Assembly: GCA_032718475.1 (NCBI GenBank)
Contig: JAUCBJ010009076.1
Span: forward strand, 1-64,000
Length of the DNA: 64,000 bases
Direction of reading: 5' to 3'
DNA from: Nemertoderma westbladi
Taxonomy: Eukaryota; Animalia; Xenacoelomorpha
Positions 11,117-23,321 of this stretch are shown here, one piece after another. The notes under the pieces were generated by a model. That model had not been told where the DNA came from. It saw nothing but the letters and a program-made list of their open reading frames with translations, and did no database searches. The translations under genes and the position numbers were made by a program. Within the stretch, counting starts at the first letter, position 1; each line of letters begins with the position of its first letter.

Positions 11117-11914
11117 CAACTGATCACCCTGTAATTGAATGCTACTGCAGTTCATCTCTCTCAACAACTGATCACCCTGTAATTGAATGCTACTGCAGTT
11201 CATCTCTCTCAACCACTGATCACCCTGTAATTGAATGCTACTGCAGTTCATCTCTCTCAACAACTGATCACCCTGTAATTGAATGCTACTCAGTTCATCT
11301 CTCTCAACAACTGATCACCCTGTAATTGAATGCTACTGCAGTTCATCTCTCTCAACAACTGATCACCCTGTAATTTGATGCTACTGCAGTTCATCTCTCT
11401 CAACAACTGATCACCCTGTAATTGAATGCTACTGCAGTTCATCTCTCTCAACAACTGATCACCCTGTAATTGAATGCTACTGCAGTTCATCTCTCTCAAC
11501 AACTGATCACCCTGTAATTGAATGCTACTGCAGTTCATCTCTCTCAACAACTGATCACCCTGTAATTGAATGCTACTGCAGTTCATCTCTCTCAACAACT
11601 GATCACCCTGTAATTGAATGCTGCTGCAGTTCATCTCTCTCAACAACTGATCACCTTGTAATTGAATGCTATTGCAGTTCATCTCTCTCAACAACTGATC
11701 ACCCTGTAATTGAATGCTACTGCAGTTCATCTCTCTCAACAACTGATCACCTTGTAATTGAATGCTACTGCAGTTCATCTCTCTCAACAACTGATCACCC
11801 TGTAATTGAATGCTACTGCAGTTCATCTCTCTCAACAACTGATCACCCTGTAATTGAATGCTACTGCAGTTCATCTCTCTCAACAACTGATCACCCTGTA
11901 ATTGAATGCTACTG
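11117..11914. repeat. 48-bp tandem array (~16-17 copies) in the putative LINE 5' UTR
   Basis: Unit CAACAACTGATCACCCTGTAATTGAATGCTACTGCAGTTCATCTCTCT. Confidence 0.95.
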
Positions 11915-13104
11915 TAAAAGCTTTTGTGGGATAACTGATACGTTTGCCTTTGCTGGCCAGTTCCCCCCCAGTCGCTAGAATACTCTCAAAGGGATTTATA
12001 ACTAAAATAGTGCAAGCTACCAGCTTATTGGCTGATGTGCTGTACGGAGATATCTGGGCTCAGTTTAATCGGCCAACTAGCTTAGAGAGGTTGCCTTAGC
12101 CTTGCTGTCCGTATCGGCCAATAGAATTTGAGTGGGCGTTGATTTCGACCTATCCCAGAGCTACTGAACTGAATTTCCTATCTCACTGCTCATCCTCTGT
12201 GTTGGACGGGAGCTTCGGGGAATAATTTTCGCCATAACACCGGCTTTTTGGGAAGAACTCTAGTAAAACTGCTTAAATTATCGAAAGTATAAACTGTTAC
12301 CTAACTTAAATCACCTAACTAATCAATCTTAACTCACTATTAATCATATTGTTTGTACTGTTATTTACCGTCAGTTATTAATTGTATCTATTTGTTGATG
12401 GAAATATTACTCTTTGGATAATACGGATAAATCACCCAAATTTCCCAATTTTCTTGATACACTACAGGTTAGAGAGACAGGCTATATATAACAATTGCGA
12501 TTTATATTAATGTGGTGTGTATTGAATCTAATGTTATTTAGCAGACCCTACATGAGTCAATTGCTGCTCTCTTTATGTGTGATCAAATATACTGACGGTC
12601 GGCAGAATAGTGTGCATGATTGTGATTGGTAACAAAGTATTTCCTAAAGAATGCGCTTTATACTTTAATCATAAGCAGTATCGTTGCGTTTAGTATAAGT
12701 CCTAGTTCTGTTTAAATAGATAGAGCGCCACGTCCTAAAGGAACTGTTAATATTCCCCAAAAGCCAATAATATCTGTCAGAAATTAATTATTAACGATCT
12801 ATCGAATAATACAGTAGGTTTACACTGCACCTTACACTGCAATAATAAAATTTAAGCATCCGAATTCTGCCTCCCGGGTGTAGATCCATCGGGTGAATGA
12901 TCGCGCATGGGCTGACTTCGGCTAATGTTTTGTGTATTAGCATAAAATATTGTCGTATGCTAAAGGTGTTTTAATTAACTAAAAGACATATAAATTTTGG
13001 CAGGTTAAACTGCTAAAGGTCTTCAAAAGCGCGAACAGTAACAGTTTATGATCTTATTGCAGTAAGCAATAAGGTTGCAAAATACCGTAGTGACCGGTAA
13101 CCTG

Positions 13105-13228
13105 AACCGGTACTTCTGTAGGTCAGTAGGCCCAACTGCCAGAACCGGTACTGCTGTAGGTCCGTAGGTCCAACTGTCAGAACCGGTACTTCTGTAGGTC
13201 TGTAGGCCCAACTGTCCTAACCGGTACT
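13105..13228. repeat. 38-bp minisatellite, ~3.3 copies
   Basis: AACCGGTACT(T/G)CTGTAGGTCNGTAGG(C/T)CCAACTG repeated. Confidence 0.85.
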
Positions 13229-13409
13229 GGGTACTGCTGTATCAGTACATTAGTATTATTCGAATTTGATTGGTGTATACCGGTAGGTCTTGGTACTTAA
13301 TCAGGGACTGCAGCCCTGAATTTTTATTGAGATTTTACCTATTTCTGTCGGTTTTATTTCCTAGTAGGCTAATATTGAGCAGAAGGCGTGTGACCCTGCT
13401 CAGATTGTT

Positions 13410-13990
13410 CAGATAATTGTAGGCTGAGCTGCTGTCTGACTGTGGTTGAGTTTGGAGAGATTACGGCGTGTGTAGAGTTTGTCTGATAAAGTGCCGTTAG
13501 TAAGTTGGGGCAGCCATATGCTGTAAGGTCAATCCCCTCTTAAAGAATAAGTCGTACTACCGTGTTAGAACGCATACTAACTAACAGTTTCAGAGTCTGC
13601 ATATACTGTAGTTTATTTAGGCTTGATCGTAGTCTGCCAGTGTTTTAGCCTGTGTTTGTTTGTGTGGTCTGTTCAGGTACCGTAATAGTTATTACTCAAA
13701 TATTTTGTAGGCTGGATTGTTGTCTAGCTATTTTTAGGTCTGAAGGGATTGCTGCGTGTGTAGAGTTGTCTGATAAAGTGCCGTTAGTAAGTTGGGGCAG
13801 CCATATGCTGTAAGGTCAATCCCCTCTTAAAGAATAAGTCGTACTACCGTGTTAGAACGCATACTAACTAACAGTTTCAGAATCTGCACATACTGTAGTT
13901 TGTTTAGGCTTGATAGTAGTCTGCCAGCGTTTGGTTTGTATTTTTGTTTGAGTATTCTGTACGGGTAGCGTAATATTTATTATTCAGAGT
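13410..13990. repeat. ~287-bp tandem duplication with an identical ~114-bp core
   Basis: 13481-13594 equals 13768-13881 (GTCTGATAAAGTGCCG...AACAGTTTCAGA), while the flanks are visibly diverged. Confidence 0.9.
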
Positions 13991-14852
13991 TTATGCGATT
14001 ATTCGCAACATTCATGTCCCCAAGTTTATTCCTACAGTAATTGTGCTTGTTATACATACCGTTATAGTTAAACTAACCCCGGTACTACATCAGGGCTGCT
14101 CGGCGTAGGTAAAGACTGGAGATTTTGTGCTTCGGTCACTCCAGCAGATGCCGTGGTTCTTTTAACTGTTCAAGTATATTTAACTACTGATTATTTGTTA
14201 TACCGGTACTTGTACCTAATTTAGGGTTTAGTGTACAGTGCTGTCCGAAGTAATTAGTGTGTGGGCAGTATATTTGTGTTGTAAGGTGGTTGATAGGCAC
14301 ATTCGTTAGCTCTATTAACTTCTAGGTAGGAACAATCCGTGATACATAACGTAGTACCTATAGCGATACGGTTATAGGTCGTCAGGCGGTGGTATTTTCC
14401 TATCTGGACAGTGCAATATATTTACTACTACTTATTATTTCAAATACCGTAGTACCCTGTCCGTTGTAATAACCAGAATTCTAACCCTTTGTTGAGCTGG
14501 TTTGTAGACTTCCTGTAAAATTACCCTAAAAATTTCGTACGTAATATTTTGTTGTGTTTTAATTAGAGAATTAATCTCACCCATATCGTAAGTAATTTGT
14601 AGTATTAAGTAACTTAGGTAAATTAGAATTATCAGTTTTAGTGTCAAATAAATAGCACTTCACTGAGAGCGCACAGCTTCTGTGTAGTGACCCCCCAGAA
14701 ATAATAACATTTATTTCAAATATTGACAAAAACCCATTTAAACGGGTATATATCTATTATAAATCAACTCAAACGATTTATAAATAGTAGGCCTGCCAGA
14801 CAACAACTAGGTCTCAATATCAGTTGGACTACTGCTTAAATAACGGTAATAA

Positions 14853-17800
14853 CCCAGCAAAGTCATAGCATGATAAGTCGCTGATAAATTGCTACTAATT
14901 TCGCCGGCTAATACCCTGCTAATTTCGCCGGATAAAAGCCGGCTTTTTGGTTCCAATGTTCTTAAAGGTTTCGAAGGGTGGATTTCGAAGAGAAATATCC
15001 ATCGTTTAGTAGACTATTAGCCTTCGATTAGTAGTTTACGAAGCATATTCGAAGGATAATTCGAAGACAAAAATGCTTCGTTTAGTAGACTATTCGCCTG
15101 CGATTAGAAGTTTATTTAGCATTTTTCGAAGGATGATTTCGAAGATAAAAATGCTTCGTTTAGTAGACTATTAGCCTTCAATTAGAAGTTTACGAAGCAT
15201 TTTCGAAGGATAATTTCATACATTATTAGAAGCATTTTCGAAGCATAAAAAATACTATTTTTCGAAGAAAAAAAATGTAACTGAAACAATCACTGGACCT
15301 GCCTGTTGATGCTTTGGTGAAGAGGGAGGGGGTATTAGCCTATACCTACTGTAGTAGCCTACCGTATCCTACCCTACACCCTACTTCCCTATCCTACAAT
15401 ACGTTATACACTTATTAATGGAAGCGGCTGAGTATATAGAGAAATATATAATCAATATATATTTGAGGGTATCTATGGAAACTTTAGGTGATAATCGAAA
15501 AATTTGAATTTGTTAGTTGAAATTTAAATAATTTCCCATATTGTCAGCCATATTAGATTATTCGTGTTGATGGATCTATGAAAATTAATTAAATTTAGAT
15601 GCATTTAATTAATAATTATGCTTCTCTGATGACGAAAATATGCATTATTTGCCTGATAATTTATCTTCGTTTTCGAAGACAATTATCAGCCATATATAAA
15701 GAATTGATAATATTTTACATAGTAATGGACCAAGCGGCTCGGCTGGTAAGGAAATGACCATATGCTGCGAATGCTCATCAGATTTACAAATCTGAAATTC
15801 CGGTTTCAAATTTCAGTTCCCAGTTACAGTACGAATTTAAATTCCCAGATACGAATTGTTCACAGTAGTAATAAGTCTTTCTTCTGGAAAGTGAATCTGA
15901 ACCCTCAGTTACGTTCTAGGGCGGGCGTTCATAAAGTATGTCACGCAAATTTTCCCGATTTTTGACCACCCCCCCCCCCCCCCCCCACCCCGCTCTGTTT
16001 CAAAATGTCACGCAAGCTCGAGCCCCACCTCTCGCCCCTCTGTCTCATTGGTAAATTTGTAATACCCCCAAACAATACCCCGTCCCCCAAACAAGAAATA
16101 TTTTATATCAATAATACACAATGTTTGTTATACCAAAATACAATATAAATTCAAGCACTATCTACATTTCCCTTCCCCACTGACAAGTGAAGTGGCCATC
16201 TATAGGTTTCTATGTCCTCCTCAATTTATCGATTATACTCAATATTATTGAGTGTATTGTTGTCCTTAAAGTTACCCACTCATCTACACATATGTTTTAA
16301 GTCAAAGTCAAGCTAACATTAAAGCCTAGAACATCGCCGTAACCGTCACAAAAGTCCACACCCCCCCCCCCCCCCCCTGTCACAAAATGTCACGCAAGCT
16401 CGACCCCCCCCCCCCCCTAGTGCGTGACATACTTTATCGAACACCCCCTAGTTACGTTTTTACATCATGTTCTAGAACATGGTTTATTTATTAAATATAA
16501 AAATAGCCTTGCGCCGTGAAAAAACATTCAACATTCGAAAGCCCATATCTCAGCAACTGTATTTTCTAAATTTAAATTTTTTACATATTTGGAATCCTTG
16601 CATGGTCTGCTTTCCATCAGAACCAACAAATTAATATAAGGTTGAATAACTGAGATGGGACTGGTGATGATATCGCCGCCGGTGAAACTTTTTTCAAACG
16701 CTTGTTGCTAAAGAATAAAAAGCAAAAATACAAATTCTGTCTCAGTTACTACGGATGAGGGAGGTGAAACTACTGTAACTCTGTTTCATATCATGCTATT
16801 CATTTAAATTTGTATAAAAGTTAGGGAAGGGGGGGGGGGGGGGGGGTGGGGGGTATCATGTTTTTGAATTACGACACTAAATTACAACATTAAATTTAAA
16901 AGCATTCAATAATTATTTAATTCATTTTCTTAATCAAAGAGACCTTGGTGTAGTGGTTGCATTGAATTCACATCTCTTGGAGGTCGTGGGTTCAGTGTTC
17001 AGTCTGAGATCTGACAGTGTGCTGCAGTATATGTATTCCAACGAAAAAATACGGTACGGGTCAGCAGGTACGGAACTTCCAACTGCGCTGCGATATGTTG
17101 TACTGTTAGTTACATGTGTACATGTGCTGATGTGCGACGTGCTGATTGTACAGGCTGACCGGGGTGCATGATAGCAAGAAAATATCTGAATATTAAAATG
17201 TTAAATACTGTATTAAAACTTGTATATTAAAAAAAAGATTAAAAATAATTATTAATTAAGAATAAATTTTATACAGTATAGAGCAGTAGAGTAAATAGTT
17301 TCTGTATCATTATACTGTAGTATAAAAGGTATATTTTTTAAAACTTTCAGTTTAGGATATAGTACACGTATTAATACTGAAAAAATATGTGCTTTGTTTG
17401 TCCCCAGGATTTCCCTGACTGCCTGAAAGACATACTGTAGTCAGATACTGTAGTCTCGTTTTTACAGGTGTCTGGCATTCTGACAGTAACATACTGTAGG
17501 GCAGTATGGACATCGGCTTTACCTCTAGCTCTGCCATACACTCAGACCTGAAGACTCTGGATACATGGATTTCCGCACCTTTAAGGACAGACACAGCATC
17601 ACACAGTAATTAATGGATTTATTTCATAAAACAATATGAATGGTACTGGACATAATATAGATCAATTTTCTTTGCTTCAGATTATATATTATTATATAAT
17701 CGACAATTCTAAAGAACTGATTTCTTTGTACTAATTTACTGCTAAATATGGTCCCCAGATAAAAAAATATTCGGATTATTAGTAGGCATAACTACAGTAT

Positions 17801-18398
17801 ATAATTATTATTTTACTCTCAGAATTTGCCGGATAAAACATAACATACAGTAACTATGCATAACTAAACAAAACTAAGCTAAATGATCCAACCTTCGAAA
17901 AGTCTACAAATTTATCCTTCGTTTAGAAGGTAATTTATCCTTCGAATAGTAGCATAAATTATCATTCTAAACGCAGGATAAAAACTATAAATTCATCCAC
18001 CCTTCGAAAAGTCTACAAATTTAGCCTTCATTTAGAAGGATAATTTATCCTTCGAATAGCAGCATAAATTATCCTTCTAAACGAAGGATAAAAATTATCA
18101 ATTCATCCACCCTTCGAAAAGTCTACAAATTTATCCTTCGTTTAGAAGGATAATTTATCCGGCGAATAGTAGGCATATTTATCCTTCTATTTGCCGGCTA
18201 AAAACTAGCTAAATCTTCAGAATCTTCGAATAGTCTTCGAATTTATCCTTCGTTTAGAAGGATAATTTATCCTACGAATTGTAGACTGAATTATCAGACA
18301 ATTTAGACGGCGAAAATGCTGATAATTTCGAAGAAAATTTATTTCGATCAAATTAGCAGCATATTAGTAGCAATTTCGAAGGATGTGACTTTGCTGGG
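14853..18398. mobile_element. Non-autonomous TIR DNA transposon (CMC/EnSpm-like CCCAG ends, putative 2-bp AA TSD) with subterminal TTCGAA-rich repeats
   Basis: CCCAGCAAAGTCA at 14853 and TGACTTTGCTGGG ending at 18398. AAATTGCTACTAAT is also inverted. Repeat blocks at ~14960-15270 and ~17880-18380. No transposase ORF. Confidence 0.75.
15919..16448. mobile_element. MITE (PIF/Harbinger-like TIRs) nested in the larger DNA transposon
   Basis: GGGCGTTCATAAAGTATGTCACGCA at the left and TGCGTGACATACTTTATCGAACACCCCC at the right, with internal poly-C tracts. Confidence 0.7.
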
Positions 18399-18846
18399 AA
18401 AGTAAGTTAAAGTAACTAAGTAACCCTAAAATATTCAGGAATTCAATTATTCTAAAAATAATTGACATACCGGTACTTACCATAGGCTTATTATATTTAT
18501 TTCTATAAATTTGAGCTGAAATCATACCGGTACTCTGTAATTAATCTAGTCCGTAATTATACTTATATATACTATAAGTGTAAGCTGTATACCGGTATTC
18601 ACTATAGGCCTATTATATATTTATATATATCTGTGCTAAATTTATATACCGGTACCCTGTGACAAACCTAGTTTACAATACTTATATATATATTATAAGC
18701 ATACCGGTATTCTAATATATTATATATATATCACGCTACACTGAGTAGCAGTATCGGTAATTAATTATTAGGCCAACAGCGATACTGAATTACTAGACTT
18801 GCTTTAACTGTAATATAGCAGTAGGCATTCAACTGTACAATCAAAC

Positions 18847-21800
18847 ATGGCTGACACAAGGCAAACTCTGTCAGATAGTCTCCTAGAAACAACAGCCTGT
18901 TTCTCAGATCAAAGTGTAGAGAATCCCAGACCGAGGTCTGAAACCCCTCATACTGTAAGAAGGGCAACCCCTGCAGTGGTTGTGTCAGAACCTAGGTTGG
19001 TAGAAGCGATTTCGCAATTTGCGAAGTTAGTGAAGCGCCGTAGGTCTGCCATAGGCACTCGGGCCCAAGTCAAGCGGGATCAAGAAGAAGCTATAAAACA
19101 GCAGCAACCTCCTAGCCAAGAACCTAGTTCTCAGCGGCCCGATAGCTCCAGTAGTTCGGATACTGTTGAGCGGATGCCCGAACGCGGAGCGAAGATGGCG
19201 GATACGGTTTATGATGAGCGGCCAACCTATGAAGAATCAACCGACGCCACTTCTTCTCAAGTGGAAAGCGAAGTGAAAAGCGAATTAACAGCAGCAGAGA
19301 AGCCGCGAACTAGAGACGCCATTGACATCTACCTATCCGACTATCAGCGATTCTTAGGAGACGAAGAGTTGAGGAGACGACTGTCTGGACTTTCCCCCAA
19401 TAGTGAAGGAGCCAAGTTTGTGTTGGACGCAATAGATGCGGAAATGTTGGCAGCGAATAGAGCGAAAATTGATGAAAGAATCCGCATCGTTAGAGAATGG
19501 GAACAACAGTTGAAGAAAAAACAGATAGAGGACAGAAAGACAGCAGCAGTAGCAGCGGCAGAGGCAAAAGCAGCAGCGGCAATGGCAGTGGCCGAAGCGA
19601 AACGGAGGGCATCTGAAGAAAAAGTCCAACTAGAGTTGGAGAATCTTCAAGAGAAGCACGATTACTTAAATAAACAGATAACGGCTAGTGATATGCAGCT
19701 GATAAGTCGGACTACTTCCAAGAGACAGGGATTTACATCCTCTGATGAAGGAGATACAACAGATACTGAAGGCAAAGGAAATAGATCTCGTCTAAGCAGA
19801 CGTGGAAGAACATCCCACCGTCATAAATTGCCTGATTTGCCTCCAGCTGTTAGAAGGCAACTAAATAACACCAACTTAGGTAGTACAGAACCCATAGACC
19901 AGGTGGTTAAAATAGAAAGACTCCCTACAATAGTTGATGAGCCTGAAATAATTAGGCCTGTCGTTCCCAAAGTCACTTCTGTGTTAGAGACCCCTGTACT
20001 TCCAGAGCTTAACTCTAAATTCCCTTTACATAGTACTACACTGCCTGTACCCGGTGGAACAGTCCAAGAGAATATCCCTGTCCAGATAGCAGAGAGAGAA
20101 ATCAATAATTTGTCTCCCATCGTCCCGCGTCAGCCCGCTACTATGTTGGCGACTCCCGCTTCGGCGGTTGAGTGGGTGGAAGAGGGACGGCGGGGGATGA
20201 ATCTCCTGCTGGGACAGATGCAGGAGACTGTCCACCAACTTAAGGGAACAGTGAGGGAAAGTAGAGCAGAGTTGCAAGAAGTGCAGCAAAGTATCGCACT
20301 AGAACGCGACAAATTAGTCAATATTCAAAAGGGCATACCCATACCCCCTGTAACATTGTGTCCACCTGTTAGGTCTGAAGTATTACATGCGCAAGGTGTG
20401 GAGCCTACACGCATCTATACTGCTAGTGAAGTAGAAACTCCTATAGCAAACCCTATTAAGGGTGATTATACGCCTGTTGTTAATGACATTCCCAATAGAC
20501 CTGATAATAATCCGAGAAATTTATATACCGATAACTCGATATTCAATAACACGATGGCCCAAGAAAGTTTTACGCGTCAAATGGCTAGAACCGAAGCCCG
20601 TCAAGCGGTAAAGGTTGGAGAGATAGTCAAGTTCAATGGAGATGAGATGAAATGGTTACCTTTTAATGAATATTATAAAGATAACATACAGAACTCTGTG
20701 TTATCCAACGGAGAGAAACTTAGATTCCTCATCAAGTGCTTGGAAGGACCTCCCAAGTTAATGGCGTTAAAGTTTATTGGACATCCAGATGGATTAAGAC
20801 AAGTTTGGGATACACTAAACATCAGGTATGGTAACAAGGATAACATAGCTAAGTATTTGTATGCAAAATTAGTAGCCCCCCGACACTTCCTTAGTAGCGG
20901 GATTATAGAGTTTTCCGATGAAATTCAAGAGATCTGTAGACAACTGGACTGGTTAGGTAAGTCGCATGAATATCAGAGTTCCATGGTTATTGGAGCCGTA
21001 GTCTCTACTTTACCAAAGGGCGGAGTATGTACACGCTGGGACAAGAAAGTGTTGTACATGAATGAACAACAACGACGAAGTCCTACCATGGCTGATCTCA
21101 TGTCCTTCTTAGATGGTGAGGTAAAACTACAACTCATCAAGCAGTCCAGAGAGAAAACATCGGAAAATAAGGTAAGTGAGAAACCCGCTTCTAGGAGAAG
21201 AGTAACACCAGTGTGTTACACTGACGACGGCGAAAGCCAAGCTTCTCAAGAAGAGGACAGCGGGAAAGACACAGATCGATCTTACTATGTTGACAAAACC
21301 TCAAAAGGCGTAAGTAAATACAAGTCTCGAATCAGTGACAGGAGAGAACAGGTAACAACAACTCCTCCTACGTCTCCTAAGAGAATTCACGGAAGAAAGC
21401 CCGAAGAAAGAACGAGAGTGCATAACGTTACCCAAGGTAAGGTGAGTAACATCAAACCAAAATGTGCGCTGTGCGACGGGCCCCACTGTTTGAGTGCGTG
21501 TGCTGAATTTCTAAAGAAATCCCCTGTAGACAGACGTACAGTCCTGTGGAATAAGCGGTTATGCTATAATTGCCTCAGATCAGGACACCAACGGCGAACC
21601 TGTTACTCCGACGTAAAGTGTGCAAAGTGTGGCGCGAAACATCACATCTTGTTGCACAGTGAGTTCGAACGAAACAGCCCGAGTCAGGTAAGTGAGCCCA
21701 AATCACATGTCCAATTCAGTGATGTGAACGACACTGACCAAAGTTCTGAGTGGGAAGGATTCTATACGGACGAATTCTCCGATGCCAACGAATCCTGTTA

Positions 21801-22896
21801 TCTAATAAATACCGCAGTGTATCGAGCACTTACTTACGAAAAGGACATCAACGATGAGTTTCCCCCAACTACTTTCGCCAAACAACCCTCTTGGAAAACT
21901 CCAGCTTCCAACGTAGGAATCAGAGAATTTCCTGTAATTCAAGTAAGAGTTCACGGTCTTAACAAAAGCTACATAGTGAACGCCCTCCTTGACTCCGGCA
22001 GCACAGGAACATTCATCGATCAAGAACTAGCCGAAGATATCTTTGCTGGACAACCCAAGTTCCGGACTAAATTGAATATGTCAGGAATTATGCAGGTTTG
22101 GAAATCTACCCTAACGGCAGATTACTATATAGGTGCGTTGTCCACCCCACAGGATAAATTAGGAGAACAAAGTATAAGGTCAGTAAAAATGGTAGCAATA
22201 AAGAACTTCGCTACTACCCAAGTAGCACCTTATAACTGGGACGAGGACGAGAGCATCCAACATCTTGAGATACCTCGATTCCAAACCGATTATCCTGGAG
22301 TACAAATCCTCATCGGCCAAAACGCGCACGAGGCGCTCGAGACATTAGAGAAACGGCCTGCTCAACCGCAGCCATTACAAACTTATGCGGTAAGAACTAG
22401 AGTAGGTTGGTACTTTACTGGCCCTTCCCGCAGAACTCTTGAAGAAAGATTGCCACAAGACCGGCTACTTCAAGTAAAGGATTGGGAAGAGGAGAGCAGT
22501 GAAGTGGACGAACCCACTGAGGGAACACCATACTCCTCAGATAATGACGATATTAACTCCAATGTAGATCAATGGAGACATCGCCCCGAGATGATTAATC
22601 CAGCCGACATCGCTTCCAGAGGAGCAACTCCTCAAGAACGGATAGATACTCCCGGCTGGTTAAGTGGACCCGACTCCCTAAGTAAAGAAGAAGATGAATG
22701 GCCTCCTCATCTTACCACGGCGGAGCGTAGACAGGCCAAGGGAGCGGAGGAAGTAACACGACAGCCTAATCGCCCAGCTGGTCGCTTATGTTTACTGGAA
22801 AGAGACCAAAAACTGTCTGGAAACTATGGAAGGCAAGATACTCTTCCTACGACCACTTCCCTAATCCGACAAATATCTAGGGACTCCATAACGTAA
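18847..22896 (+). CDS. BEL/Pao LTR retrotransposon polyprotein, internally deleted: Gag (DUF1759-like) + 3 Zn knuckles + aspartic protease + RNase H and integrase remnants, no RT (1349 aa)
   Basis: KFNGDEMKWLPF..LSNGEKLRFLIKCLEG; CALCDGPHCLSAC, CYNCLRSGHQRRTC, CAKCGAKHHILLH; ALLDSGS; RTRVGW; WRH..NPADIASRG..WLSGP; terminal RPAGRLCLL. No YVDD-type RT motif and no DDE core. Confidence 0.9.
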   Translation: MADTRQTLSDSLLETTACFSDQSVENPRPRSETPHTVRRATPAVVVSEPRLVEAISQFAKLVKRRRSAIGTRAQVKRDQEEAIKQQQPPSQEPSSQRPDSSSSSDTVERMPERGAKMADTVYDERPTYEESTDATSSQVESEVKSELTAAEKPRTRDAIDIYLSDYQRFLGDEELRRRLSGLSPNSEGAKFVLDAIDAEMLAANRAKIDERIRIVREWEQQLKKKQIEDRKTAAVAAAEAKAAAAMAVAEAKRRASEEKVQLELENLQEKHDYLNKQITASDMQLISRTTSKRQGFTSSDEGDTTDTEGKGNRSRLSRRGRTSHRHKLPDLPPAVRRQLNNTNLGSTEPIDQVVKIERLPTIVDEPEIIRPVVPKVTSVLETPVLPELNSKFPLHSTTLPVPGGTVQENIPVQIAEREINNLSPIVPRQPATMLATPASAVEWVEEGRRGMNLLLGQMQETVHQLKGTVRESRAELQEVQQSIALERDKLVNIQKGIPIPPVTLCPPVRSEVLHAQGVEPTRIYTASEVETPIANPIKGDYTPVVNDIPNRPDNNPRNLYTDNSIFNNTMAQESFTRQMARTEARQAVKVGEIVKFNGDEMKWLPFNEYYKDNIQNSVLSNGEKLRFLIKCLEGPPKLMALKFIGHPDGLRQVWDTLNIRYGNKDNIAKYLYAKLVAPRHFLSSGIIEFSDEIQEICRQLDWLGKSHEYQSSMVIGAVVSTLPKGGVCTRWDKKVLYMNEQQRRSPTMADLMSFLDGEVKLQLIKQSREKTSENKVSEKPASRRRVTPVCYTDDGESQASQEEDSGKDTDRSYYVDKTSKGVSKYKSRISDRREQVTTTPPTSPKRIHGRKPEERTRVHNVTQGKVSNIKPKCALCDGPHCLSACAEFLKKSPVDRRTVLWNKRLCYNCLRSGHQRRTCYSDVKCAKCGAKHHILLHSEFERNSPSQVSEPKSHVQFSDVNDTDQSSEWEGFYTDEFSDANESCYLINTAVYRALTYEKDINDEFPPTTFAKQPSWKTPASNVGIREFPVIQVRVHGLNKSYIVNALLDSGSTGTFIDQELAEDIFAGQPKFRTKLNMSGIMQVWKSTLTADYYIGALSTPQDKLGEQSIRSVKMVAIKNFATTQVAPYNWDEDESIQHLEIPRFQTDYPGVQILIGQNAHEALETLEKRPAQPQPLQTYAVRTRVGWYFTGPSRRTLEERLPQDRLLQVKDWEEESSEVDEPTEGTPYSSDNDDINSNVDQWRHRPEMINPADIASRGATPQERIDTPGWLSGPDSLSKEEDEWPPHLTTAERRQAKGAEEVTRQPNRPAGRLCLLERDQKLSGNYGRQDTLPTTTSLIRQISRDSIT

Positions 22897-22914
22897 TAAC
22901 ATATGGAGTGGGCG

Positions 22915-23321
22915 TGTGACTATATCATTTTATATTTGTTTTTATTTTATATTTATGTATGTATTATTATGTACTTTATTATAATCGTTTTTATTCAATT
23001 TTATTTAGTAGAATGTTATTTTAGTGATTATTTAGTAAGATTAGTGCAATATATTAGTGTTTATTACGTACGTAATTACTTATAACATATATTTAGTGCG
23101 ACGGCGAGAAATAATTTTTTCTCTTTCCTTACTGTCCGTATTATATTATAAATGCGAGACTATAGTAAGATGACATGTCAGTACTTCTTAGAGTACAATA
23201 AAGCCACTACTATATTTAAGTATTATTGGTAGGCAGAGTATTAGGAATGCAAAGTTCAGATCCTCGTGTCTCGGCTAAACCAAGCTCTGGGTAGACCTTG
23301 GAAACGACTTGCCTCTTCACA
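22915..23321 (+). mobile_element. Putative 3' LTR of the BEL/Pao element (~407 bp); matching 5' LTR not seen in window
   Basis: Purine tract GGAGTGGGCG just after the stop, then TGTGA...TCACA inverted termini, with TATAAA (~23147) and AATAAA (~23197) inside. Confidence 0.65.

Larger units (their letters stand above)
2120..11915 (-). mobile_element. CR1/L2-group (Crack/Daphne-like) non-LTR retrotransposon with ORF1, ORF2 and internal tandem arrays; both termini unresolved (3' UTR probably runs toward or past position 1)
   Basis: ORF1 (9066-10871) and ORF2 (2120-5356) are on the same strand in canonical order, and both are uninterrupted. Confidence 0.8.

Noticed and set aside
5588-11914. CRISPR-like appearance of arrays and repeat-derived ORFs (LVELSYNV, LLREMNCSS)
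   Set aside because: These are pure tandem repeats without unique spacers, in a eukaryotic context with no cas genes.
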